The position numbers were made by a program, and so were the translations under genes. Under the pieces are notes generated by a model. It ran no database searches. It was not told where the DNA came from and saw only the letters and a program-made list of their open reading frames with translations. DNA of 64,000 nucleotides from an uncultured Gammaproteobacteria bacterium (GTDB lineage Bacteria > Patescibacteriota > Patescibacteriia > Magasanikbacterales > UBA922): positions 91,151 to 155,150 of the forward strand of contig CAZMHV010000003.1 in NCBI GenBank assembly GCA_964566225.1. The letters are read 5' to 3'. Of the stretch, positions 55,179-63,502 are shown in pieces (position 1 is the stretch's first letter; every line of letters begins with the position of its first letter).

Positions 55179-57500
55179 GTGATTTTTCACCACAAACCCG
55201 CACAATTTATCCGGAGCATGCTGTTTGTTGTTTTGGGTGGGGGGACATTGTTCTTCCCACTTTTTGTGTTTCCCAAAACATTTGAAGTAGTGAACTTACC
55301 CAAGACATTTTTTTTGTTTCTGGTAGTTGGAGTACTCGTTCTTTTGTGGAGTATTGGTGCCATGCTTGAAAAAAAGTTATTGGTACGACGGAGCATGCTT
55401 GATATTCCTTTTGTACTTTTTGGAGTAGCCGTGCTTATCAGTAGTCTTTTTTCGGTATCAGTACCGGTGAGTTTTCTCGGGACTACCGATAACTTTACAC
55501 TGACTGCATTTACTATCTTTCCAGCAGTTCTTTTTGCATATCTCATTATTCAACTCATCAAAAACCGTACTTCGTTTGTCAACTTTATACAGATTTTCTT
55601 TTTGTCACATATTGTTGCTGAACTTTTGTTTTATGTCTTTCAAATTCCGTTTATAAGAAATCATGGACTTACTGATTGGTTTGGGCACAATTTTTTTAAC
55701 ACGGTAAGCACTGGCAATAGTATCTTTGGTATTTGGGTCGCTGCTTTGGGAGTACTCAGTTTTGGTACATTACTTTTGAAAGGAAGAAAAAAAATATATT
55801 ATATTTTGCCTGCAATTTCTGCGGTACTGTCACTTATTACGTTGTTTCGTCTTGGCTTTACTGTCTCGTTTGTGGTATTTGGTATTGGTCTTGGCATGCT
55901 GCTTATTTTGCCATTTTTATTTGCTCGGTCAACTTCGGTAAAGGTTTCTTTGGCACTTTTTTCAGTGTTTGTGCTCACACTGCTTTGTATTGGTTTTGGC
56001 ACTCCACAGTCATTCAAAATGCATGTCCCGGTAGAAATTGCTTTGGGAGCACAGAGTTCATTTGATTTTGTCAAAGCTGCACTTGGTGCTGATGTGAAGC
56101 AATTTTTGGTTGGAAGTGGTCCAGGAACTTTTTTGTATGATTTTTCTTTGCATCGCACTCCTGCTTTCAATACCAATGCGATTGTTTTTAATACTCGGTT
56201 TCATGCACCGTTTAGTACTTTTTTGGCCCTTCTTGTTGAGGTAGGGTTACTTGGTTCTGTCTTTTTTATTTTACTTATTCTTATTGGACTTGGCGCCATG
56301 CTCTCTACTTGGACAGAACTTCGATCTTCTTGGAAAGGATTGATTCAAGAACGAGTTGCTCCCACGCTTCATGCACAGGGATTTTCTTCCTTTGCTGAAA
56401 TTTTTGATGTGTTTGTGGTTGGTGCAGCCTGGATAGCTTTGACAGTGGGGCTCTTGGTGAGTTTTGTAGATATTGTGTCGTGGTGGACATGGTGGTGTTT
56501 TTTGGCGCTTATTATTGTAGGTATTGGTTTTGTAAACAAAAAATTTGTAGTTGAAAAAGATATTAGTTTGGTGGTTTCACCACAGTATTCATTGGCACTT
56601 TCGTTTGGTATTATTTTATTTTTTACACTTATTATTCTCTCGACTGCTTTTGGTGTACGCATGTACTTGGCCGAGTATTCTTGGGTCAAAGCATCACAGG
56701 TTTCTTCACTTGACGAGGCAGAAGCATATTTGCAGCGTTCTATTGAGTACCGTCGCAGTTATGCACCGTACCAAGTTTCATTGGCTCGTGTGTATTTGCA
56801 AAAAGCCAAAGTAGCATATGAAAAGAATAACCAAAATACTCCAGAGGTGGCCAGCTTAGTTGCGAGTGCTGCCAATGTCGCCAAAATTGCCACAGAACTT
56901 GAACCCAACAACGTAGAAAATTATGAAACTTTGGCACTCATGTATTTGAATGCACATTCGTTCGCTCCCGAGGCCAATACTTGGGCTAAAGATGCTTTGT
57001 TATCTGCGTTGCTGCTTGAACCAAGTAATGTTGTGAATCATACCCGGTTAGCACAGGTGTATATACAAGAAAACAAGTTGTCTGAAGCAGAAAAAGAATT
57101 GCAAAAAGCTATTGAACTTAAATTTGACTATGTACCTGCCTATGAAGCCTTGATTGTGCTGTATCGTGATGCCGGCAAATACAATGAAGCACTTGGGTTT
57201 TATGAAGCTTTGCTCAAAATTACTGACCCTACGGGTAATTTGCTGTTTAACTATGGGGTGCTCTTTTTCAACAGACACGAAAAAGGAGATGATGACCGCG
57301 CACAAAAATTGTGGGAGCAAGCTCTGAGGTTGGATGCAGAGAAAAAACAACCTACCAATCCAAATATTTTATATAGTCTGGGGCTGCTTTTTGAACGAAA
57401 AGGGGACAAGAGTACTGCTTTGTCGTATTATCAAAAAGTACGTGAATTGGTGCCACAAAATGATGATGTGAAGAAGAAGATACAGAGTATGTTGCGGTAG
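55179..57500 (+). CDS. O-antigen ligase (Wzy_C/WaaL-like) family polytopic membrane protein fused to C-terminal TPR repeats
   Basis: About 12 TM helices with a large loop, then a C-terminal repeated TPR-like region (AYLQRSIEYRRSYAPYQVSLARVYL..., ALGFYEALLKI..., ALSYYQKVREL). Confidence 0.65.
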   Translation: MIFHHKPAQFIRSMLFVVLGGGTLFFPLFVFPKTFEVVNLPKTFFLFLVVGVLVLLWSIGAMLEKKLLVRRSMLDIPFVLFGVAVLISSLFSVSVPVSFLGTTDNFTLTAFTIFPAVLFAYLIIQLIKNRTSFVNFIQIFFLSHIVAELLFYVFQIPFIRNHGLTDWFGHNFFNTVSTGNSIFGIWVAALGVLSFGTLLLKGRKKIYYILPAISAVLSLITLFRLGFTVSFVVFGIGLGMLLILPFLFARSTSVKVSLALFSVFVLTLLCIGFGTPQSFKMHVPVEIALGAQSSFDFVKAALGADVKQFLVGSGPGTFLYDFSLHRTPAFNTNAIVFNTRFHAPFSTFLALLVEVGLLGSVFFILLILIGLGAMLSTWTELRSSWKGLIQERVAPTLHAQGFSSFAEIFDVFVVGAAWIALTVGLLVSFVDIVSWWTWWCFLALIIVGIGFVNKKFVVEKDISLVVSPQYSLALSFGIILFFTLIILSTAFGVRMYLAEYSWVKASQVSSLDEAEAYLQRSIEYRRSYAPYQVSLARVYLQKAKVAYEKNNQNTPEVASLVASAANVAKIATELEPNNVENYETLALMYLNAHSFAPEANTWAKDALLSALLLEPSNVVNHTRLAQVYIQENKLSEAEKELQKAIELKFDYVPAYEALIVLYRDAGKYNEALGFYEALLKITDPTGNLLFNYGVLFFNRHEKGDDDRAQKLWEQALRLDAEKKQPTNPNILYSLGLLFERKGDKSTALSYYQKVRELVPQNDDVKKKIQSMLR

Positions 57501-57547
57501 GGAGTGAAAAAATAAACATGATGAAAATAATTTTGGTAAAAATAAAA

Positions 57548-57582
57548 TACCGACTGTACAAAACAATCGGTATTTTTTTCGC
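57548..57582. terminator. Rho-independent terminator
   Basis: ataccga-ctgtacaaaacaa-tcggtattttttt. Confidence 0.55.
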
Positions 57583-57710
57583 CCAAATAAAGATTCCTTC
57601 ACAAAGAAATATTTATTTGGACGGCCGGGGCGAGTGCACTGCAACGAAAGTTGCTGCGCACCCGCCCGGAGGGGTGAGTGAAGAATGGTGGCGGGGCGCC
57701 GGTGGGACGC

Positions 57711-58346
57711 TCAGCTCGGGAGGTCGATCTTGCCAACACCGAGCATTTCGTCTGTGAGGTGCTGCATGTGGAGCACCTGCCAAGTGTTCTGGACCATGGT
57801 CAGCTCCATGATGTGGCCGGGCAGGAGTGGATCCGGGGCGCTGTAGTTGGGAGTCAGATCCTGCAGCAGGGCATCGATGCGACCCGGGTGGGTGTAGACC
57901 ATGATGGTGACGCCGGGCCTGAATTGGCCCAGGTGAGCACGGACGGCTTGGGCTGACCTCATTCCAAATTCCCATACATCATGTCGATAGTATGCCTTCC
58001 TCGCGATCATGTAGACTTCGGGAGTGACTCCCTCGGCTTGCGCTTGAATCTCATCGATGTTCATCCCCGCCGGAGGTGGGCACAGGTTGAAATTCGTGAG
58101 TTCTTGGGCCGTGATCAGCTTTGCTTGACTGCCTCCAATTTCGTTGTACACCATGATTGCCTGCGCAACCATTTTGGGATCTTGCGAGCACAGGATGCTG
58201 TTGATCTGAATCCCCGCGTTGCGCAGGGCGGCGGCTCGTTCCATGAGCCGTCGCTTTTCTGTGATGTCGGGCTTACGATCGTGCCCGCACACGAAGAAAA
58301 AGCGCGACTGGGAAGAGGGGAAGAAAGGGCAGAGTTTGAGAGGCAT
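57711..58346 (-). CDS. GC-rich hypothetical protein (211 aa), start taken at MPLKLCPFF
   Basis: Strong RBS AGGAGA plus a 7-nt spacer before the ATG. N-terminal segment RFFFVCGHDRKPD. High third-position G/C. No confident domain call. Confidence 0.5.
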   Translation of the reverse strand: MPLKLCPFFPSSQSRFFFVCGHDRKPDITEKRRLMERAAALRNAGIQINSILCSQDPKMVAQAIMVYNEIGGSQAKLITAQELTNFNLCPPPAGMNIDEIQAQAEGVTPEVYMIARKAYYRHDVWEFGMRSAQAVRAHLGQFRPGVTIMVYTHPGRIDALLQDLTPNYSAPDPLLPGHIMELTMVQNTWQVLHMQHLTDEMLGVGKIDLPS

Positions 58347-58399
58347 TTGTTTTCTCCTGGTCGGTAGAGTAAGACAGAACGGCACCATTGCCGGCTCCT

Positions 58400-58460
58400 C
58401 CTCGTATAGGTAGGTAGCTTTCTACCATGGAATACTCCATTGTACAAAGCTACCCACCTG
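58400..58460. promoter_or_regulatory. Operator-like nested palindrome upstream of the island-D gene
   Basis: gtagctttctac-catggaatactccattg-gtacaaagctac has 12-bp arms with one mismatch, plus an inner catgga/tccat(t/g) inverted repeat. Coordinates are +/-1. Confidence 0.35.
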
Positions 58461-58658
58461 GCCATTCATTCTTTTTGAATTGTAAAAAACTCACTCGTAT
58501 GGTCAATAAAAAACGCTGTATAGAGCATTTTTTATTATTTTTTTCCATAATGCCGAAGTATAGCAGAAATTTGGGATTTGTCAAGGTATTGAAAATGTGA
58601 GAAGAATAGTATACGATAGGTTTAAATTTGGCTAATTACAGAAAAAATCTTAGCTACT

Positions 58659-60206
58659 GTGAAAAATAATTTCATAACTATGGAACCAAAATACTTTCAA
58701 GATGAAGATGCCTGGATGCTCGGTGAAGATATCCCAAATGCTGATTTATTTTTTTCCAATATTTGGCTGAATGGTTTTGTGAGTTTTTTTGATAAAAATG
58801 TTGGCAAGGCGTACAAAAAGATTTTGTGTAAGTATGAAGGGTATCACTTGTGGTTTTATTTTGGTGAAAAAGATTCTTTTGAAGTAGCCGAATATATTGC
58901 CGAGCGAATTGTTCATGAAGCAGGCTATGCGGCTGAGGTGAATAAAAATATTATGCTTGAAGCAGACAAGCTTCGAAATTTTAGTGAAACGATTCCTCAA
59001 ACCAATCTTGACTCTCTCCCCAATGAAGAATTGTGGAGAATTTATGAAACACACAATACTATTCATAGTGAGTACTATACTTGGTGTTGGATTCCTGTGG
59101 CAGTGGACATGTTTCACAACAACTTAACCAAAAGAGTAAAAGAATACTTGCTTTCCCTCGGTGTTTCAGCAGAAAATCTCAATGAATATTTTATTACACT
59201 CACTCAACCCACAGAAAAATCTCTTATTTTTATTGAGCAAGAAGATTTACTCAAAATTGTGCAGGAGGTCCAAAAAGATGTTGAGGCAGTTGAATTGTTC
59301 AAAACAGAATCTCTACAAAATATTTTTGAGAGGCTTTCTTTACCTTTACAAAACCTCATTACTGAACATTGGAAAAAGTATTATTACACCAAGCATTTAT
59401 GGGTGAGTGGAGAGTATACCGTTGAAGAGTATTTGCATCAAATCAAAGATGTTCTCCTGAGTGCAGAGTCTGCTACTATAATTTTGGCAAAACAATATCA
59501 AGAACTCGAAAAAGCGAAACAAAAGAGACTCGCACTTATTGAACAGTTACACATTGAAGGCCAATGGCGAACGGTTCTCGATGAATTCGGGGCATTTATG
59601 GTGACCAAAATTTATCGTCGCTATGCACAGCTTTTGGCTGTTCATCACATGTCACCAATTTTGAAAGAAATAGCGAGACGAAAATTTTTGACCGAAAAAC
59701 AAGTTCGTTTTTTGCGAGTTCCTGAAGTGAAAGAATTATTGCTGAATGATAACTACAGTGAGCAAGAGTTACTCGAGCGTACCAAAATGTGTGTGTACTA
59801 TGCAGAAAAGAATTTTGAACATGTAATGATTCGTGAAGAGGCAAGTGAATATATGAAATCTGTAGAAAAAGAAATTGATACCAGCATTACCGAGCTTCGT
59901 GGTGAAAGTGCATGTATTGGTTATGCCAAGGGCGTGGTGAAAATTATTATTCGTGCCGAAGATATGCAAAAAATGAACGAGGGAGATATTCTTGTTTCTA
60001 TTGCCACTGACCCAGATATTGTTCCTGCCATGAAAAAGGCTGCTGGAATTGTAACTGAGCAAGGTGGTGTCACTTCCCATGCTGCGATTGTTTCACGCGA
60101 GTTAGGGATTCCTTGTGTGATTGGTACTAAAATTGCAACAAAAATTTTAAAGGATGGGGATGTTGTGGAAGTGGATGCAACGAAAGGTATTATTAAAAAA
60201 ATATAA
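58659..60206 (+). CDS. Protein with a large unknown N-terminal domain and a C-terminal PEP-utilizing-enzyme mobile (phosphohistidine swivel) domain
   Basis: C-terminal GDILVSIATDPDIVPAMKKAAGIVTEQGGVTSHAAIVSRELGIPCVIGTK matches the swivel-His consensus of PPDK, PEP synthase and rifampin phosphotransferase. GTG start. Confidence 0.7.
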   Translation: MKNNFITMEPKYFQDEDAWMLGEDIPNADLFFSNIWLNGFVSFFDKNVGKAYKKILCKYEGYHLWFYFGEKDSFEVAEYIAERIVHEAGYAAEVNKNIMLEADKLRNFSETIPQTNLDSLPNEELWRIYETHNTIHSEYYTWCWIPVAVDMFHNNLTKRVKEYLLSLGVSAENLNEYFITLTQPTEKSLIFIEQEDLLKIVQEVQKDVEAVELFKTESLQNIFERLSLPLQNLITEHWKKYYYTKHLWVSGEYTVEEYLHQIKDVLLSAESATIILAKQYQELEKAKQKRLALIEQLHIEGQWRTVLDEFGAFMVTKIYRRYAQLLAVHHMSPILKEIARRKFLTEKQVRFLRVPEVKELLLNDNYSEQELLERTKMCVYYAEKNFEHVMIREEASEYMKSVEKEIDTSITELRGESACIGYAKGVVKIIIRAEDMQKMNEGDILVSIATDPDIVPAMKKAAGIVTEQGGVTSHAAIVSRELGIPCVIGTKIATKILKDGDVVEVDATKGIIKKI

Positions 60207-60233
60207 TTATACTTACAATATACGTATTTCTGT

Positions 60234-61304
60234 ATGACAAAAAAATACGACACGCACCGACGTGAATATACTATCCTTGGTATCACGGCTGTCATCGAAG
60301 CCATGGTGAGTGATATTACACACAAAGTTTATCAGGGTACCTTTCCTGAATTGTTTTCTCTTGTCGTTGATGGTGTGTATTATCACTCTCTGCCTGTGAC
60401 CGGTCGAGAACAGGCAAGTCGGTTGGTGGTGAAGAGTTTTCAAGAGAAGTCCATTGACTTGTCTGCCATGTATGAAATTTTTGATGCAGAAGTGACCAAG
60501 TATGAACAGCTTATCGATCTTCCCGAAGAACAGTTTTCCTTACAGACCATTTTAGACTTTTTTTCTTTTTATAAAGAATTATTTCCGACCGCGTATGTAG
60601 GAATGGATCCAATTGATTTCACTGATACTTTATCTCCGCAAGAAAAAGAAGAATTTTTTGACTGGGCTACCAAAATTCGTCATCGTGGTGAAGTTATTTA
60701 CAAAAGAGGAGAAATGGAATTTATTCCACGCTATTTGGCTTGGTTTGCCAAACATCACGCTTCTCTGTATCGTGTAGATCACTTACTCTACTTAGTGTGT
60801 ACTGAAATGGAAAATTTTGTGCAGAAAAATGCACCACTTCCAACACCTGAGGAACTTGAACAAAGAAAAAAAGTGTTGTATGTCCATCAATATCCACCTG
60901 GTAAGATTGAATTTTATTTTGGTGAGCAAGCTCAAAAAATGATTGATCAAAAAGAATTTTTTAAAAAAGAAGTTGACCACACCGTAAATGAAGTAAAAGG
61001 TCAAGTTGGTTACCGAGGAATTGTCACTGGAAAAGTATGTATTGTCACCAGTCGTGCTGACATGAATAAATTTCAAGACGGTGATATTATTGTTTCCGAA
61101 ATGACTGATCCGAGTTATTTGCCAATTATGAAACGAGCGCTTGCGTTTGTGACTGACGAAGGTGGAATGCTCTGTCATGCTGCCATTGTGGCTCGCGAGT
61201 TGCAAAAGCCTTGTGTGATTGGAACCAAACATGCTACAAAGGTTTTTCATGATGGTGACATGATCGAAGTGAATGCAGAGCAGGGGACGGTGAAAAAAAT
61301 ATAA
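60234..61304 (+). CDS. Paralog of the preceding gene: a shorter unknown N-terminal domain plus a C-terminal PEP-utilizing-enzyme mobile (phosphohistidine) domain
   Basis: C-terminal GDIIVSEMTDPSYLPIMKRALAFVTDEGGMLCHAAIVARELQKPCVIGTK. Confidence 0.7.
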   Translation: MTKKYDTHRREYTILGITAVIEAMVSDITHKVYQGTFPELFSLVVDGVYYHSLPVTGREQASRLVVKSFQEKSIDLSAMYEIFDAEVTKYEQLIDLPEEQFSLQTILDFFSFYKELFPTAYVGMDPIDFTDTLSPQEKEEFFDWATKIRHRGEVIYKRGEMEFIPRYLAWFAKHHASLYRVDHLLYLVCTEMENFVQKNAPLPTPEELEQRKKVLYVHQYPPGKIEFYFGEQAQKMIDQKEFFKKEVDHTVNEVKGQVGYRGIVTGKVCIVTSRADMNKFQDGDIIVSEMTDPSYLPIMKRALAFVTDEGGMLCHAAIVARELQKPCVIGTKHATKVFHDGDMIEVNAEQGTVKKI

Positions 61305-61459
61305 ATAAAAAGAATCCCAGTGATATGGGATTCTTTTTCCAAATGAAGATTCTTGTTTGAAAAATATTCATGTGGCGGAACCGACGGGCATACACATGAC
61401 TTGGAAGTCACGGCATGCGCGTCGGCGACGCGGTTCGTTCGGCTTGGCCGAGAGAGGGC

Positions 61460-62071
61460 TCAGTTGCTCGAGGTCACCGAGCCGTCGGCCGGGTTGAAAA
61501 CCTGGTAGGACAGCTCCTGCATGTCCGACACCACGAGTGCGCCGGAGGGCAGGTCATCCATGTAGTCTTCTTTGAGTACGAGGAAATCGTTGAGCCCGGG
61601 CTCGATGCTGCCCCCGTGGAAGACTACCAAGAGCAGTTCGGTGAGTTCGTCCGTGTCGCGCTCATCGAGCACCTTCGTGACCCGTCGAGCCACTGAGTCG
61701 AAGGGCTCGACACCCTCGGGCAGGGCGGACTGGTCTGCCCACCACTTGATGAACCCCTGGCCGTAGGGCGGAATGCCCTTCTCGGCGTCGCCCTTGGCGA
61801 TGGCGCCGACCCCGCCAGCCGGGTTGAGGCGGGCGTCGGGGTCGTGGACGTTGACCGTGAGGCCCCCCTCCACCAAGATGGCCTGGTATCGGGCGCCGCT
61901 CTCGATCGCCCGGGGCTCCTTGCTGGTCACCAGGTTGATGGTCCTGATGTCCTCGGATCGGCACCGCTTGAGCAGCCAGCGGGCGCTGACGTCGACCTCC
62001 TCCTTGCCGAGAGGGGTGAGCACGTTGTCCTTGTGGGCGCCGTGGCGCGCGGTGGCGACGAAGTTTCCCAT
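61460..62071 (-). CDS. GC-rich histidine phosphatase superfamily protein (phosphoglycerate-mutase-like branch)
   Basis: N-terminal RHG catalytic motif MGNFVATARHGAHKDNVLTPLGKEE. Strong RBS AGGAGA-N7-ATG. High third-position G/C. Confidence 0.6.
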   Translation of the reverse strand: MGNFVATARHGAHKDNVLTPLGKEEVDVSARWLLKRCRSEDIRTINLVTSKEPRAIESGARYQAILVEGGLTVNVHDPDARLNPAGGVGAIAKGDAEKGIPPYGQGFIKWWADQSALPEGVEPFDSVARRVTKVLDERDTDELTELLLVVFHGGSIEPGLNDFLVLKEDYMDDLPSGALVVSDMQELSYQVFNPADGSVTSSN

Positions 62072-62362
62072 GATGGGATCTCCTTGGCAAGGGACGGAGT
62101 AGTTGATTGGCCCGTCCACGATTGCTCACCAGGTAAAATTATTTTTACAGGGTGAGCAACTGTGGACCAGGCTTTTCTCTCAGGTTAATAAGCCAAATTG
62201 TAACGAACCGCAGTATGGTTATTTATAAAAAATCGCTAAAATAAGCAATTTTTATACAACTTTTACCATAACGGTAGAGTGTATCAAAAAATGTTGCTTT
62301 TGTCAATGTATTTGCTGTATACTAAGCCATATAACTGACTGAACTTTTTAATCATTCTGACT

Positions 62363-63346
62363 ATGCCACACCTCAAATTTTTCAAAGAAATCAACAAAGA
62401 CGACGTTGCTATTGCCGGTGGCAAAGGCGCGTCTCTTGGTGAAATGTCTCAAGCCGGAATTCCCGTCCCACCTGGCTGTGTTGTTTTGGCCAATGCCTTT
62501 GATCGGTTCATTGAAGAAACAGAACTCAAAGAAGAAATTGCCGCGCGTATCAAAGAGGTGAATCCTGAAGATACTGCGACCATTGATCGTGCGAGTAAAA
62601 TCCTTCGTGATGTTATCAACGACACTCCGATGCCAGAAGACCTCACCCAAGAAATCCTAGCCGCCTTCGACGAACTGAGCGCCGACCACGTCGCCGTTCG
62701 CTCCAGTGCTACTGCCGAAGATTCATCGATTGCCAGTTGGGCAGGAGAACTTGAAACCTACTTGAACACAACTCGTGACAATGTCATTGAACGCGTCAAA
62801 CACTGTTGGTCATCGCTCTTCACTCCACGTGCGATTTTTTATCGCTATGAAAAAAATTTGCACGACAGTTATGTGTCAGTAGCAGTAGTGATTCAAAAAA
62901 TGGTTCAGTCCGAAATTTCTGGTGTGGCATTTACGGTTCACCCCGTGACCGAAGACCCCAATCAAATGATTCTGGAAGCTGGTTATGGACTCGGAGAGGC
63001 GATTGTGAGTGGGCAAGTGACGCCAGATAGTTACATTATTAGTAAAACAGATATGATGATCATGGATATTCACATTGGTCATCAGAATAAAAAGTTAGTG
63101 CGTGCGCATGCTGAAGCCGAAAAGCAGGGGACACCAGACGAAGAGAACACGAAAAATATGTGGATTGACCTGCATCAAGAAGAAGGGGAAAAACAAAAAC
63201 TTACTGGCAGACAAATTATTGAGCTGGCCACCCTCTGCAAACGTATTGAGGATCACTATGGATTTCCTTGTGATATTGAATGGGCTTTTGAACAAGGCAA
63301 ATTTTACATTACGCAAAGTCGACCTATCACTACCCTCAAAAAATAA
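62363..63346 (+). CDS. Stand-alone PEP/pyruvate-binding ATP-grasp domain protein (PPDK_N, as in the N-terminal ATP-binding domain of PEP synthase and rifampin phosphotransferase)
   Basis: N-terminal VAIAGGKGASLGEMSQAGIPVPPGCVVLANAF and later VAVRSSATAEDSSIASWAGE. No swivel or TIM-barrel domains are attached. Confidence 0.75.
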   Translation: MPHLKFFKEINKDDVAIAGGKGASLGEMSQAGIPVPPGCVVLANAFDRFIEETELKEEIAARIKEVNPEDTATIDRASKILRDVINDTPMPEDLTQEILAAFDELSADHVAVRSSATAEDSSIASWAGELETYLNTTRDNVIERVKHCWSSLFTPRAIFYRYEKNLHDSYVSVAVVIQKMVQSEISGVAFTVHPVTEDPNQMILEAGYGLGEAIVSGQVTPDSYIISKTDMMIMDIHIGHQNKKLVRAHAEAEKQGTPDEENTKNMWIDLHQEEGEKQKLTGRQIIELATLCKRIEDHYGFPCDIEWAFEQGKFYITQSRPITTLKK

Positions 63347-63398
63347 CTCAAAAACACGGCCAAAACCTCTCTTTATACACATATTTTCCATTTTTCCT

Positions 63399-63427
63399 TG
63401 ACACCCTTTTTGAAACCCTATACACTA
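63399..63427 (+). promoter_or_regulatory. Putative ftsZ promoter TTGACA-N17-TACACT
   Basis: ttgacaccctttttgaaaccctatacact. Confidence 0.4.
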
Positions 63428-63442
63428 TAGGGGACTGTATTT

Positions 63443-63486
63443 ATTGAACAAAAAAACGCTGAATATCGAATAATTTTTTTGTTCAA
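63443..63486 (+). promoter_or_regulatory. 13-bp perfect inverted repeat (A/U-only stem) in the ftsZ 5' leader
   Basis: ttgaacaaaaaaa-cgctgaatatcgaataa-tttttttgttcaa, ending ~17 nt before the ftsZ ATG. Confidence 0.45.
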
Positions 63487-63502
63487 TCACAATTTCTCCT
63501 CT

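Noticed and set aside
57613-57975. Additional G+C-rich ORFs overlapping island D and E genes on other frames or strands, e.g. 57613-57975 (-), 57678-57956 (+), 61662-62129 (-), 61773-62155 (+)
   Set aside because: They overlap the primary ORFs and are Arg/Pro/Gly-rich with no start signals. They are shadows of the main coding frame.
58300-58470. Exact coordinates of features near 58.3-58.5 kb
   Set aside because: My line-based counting places two minus-strand start codons 1 nt to the right of the six-frame-track coordinates. Positions at 58659 agree with the track. Track coordinates were used for CDSs, and non-CDS features there should be read as +/-1 nt.
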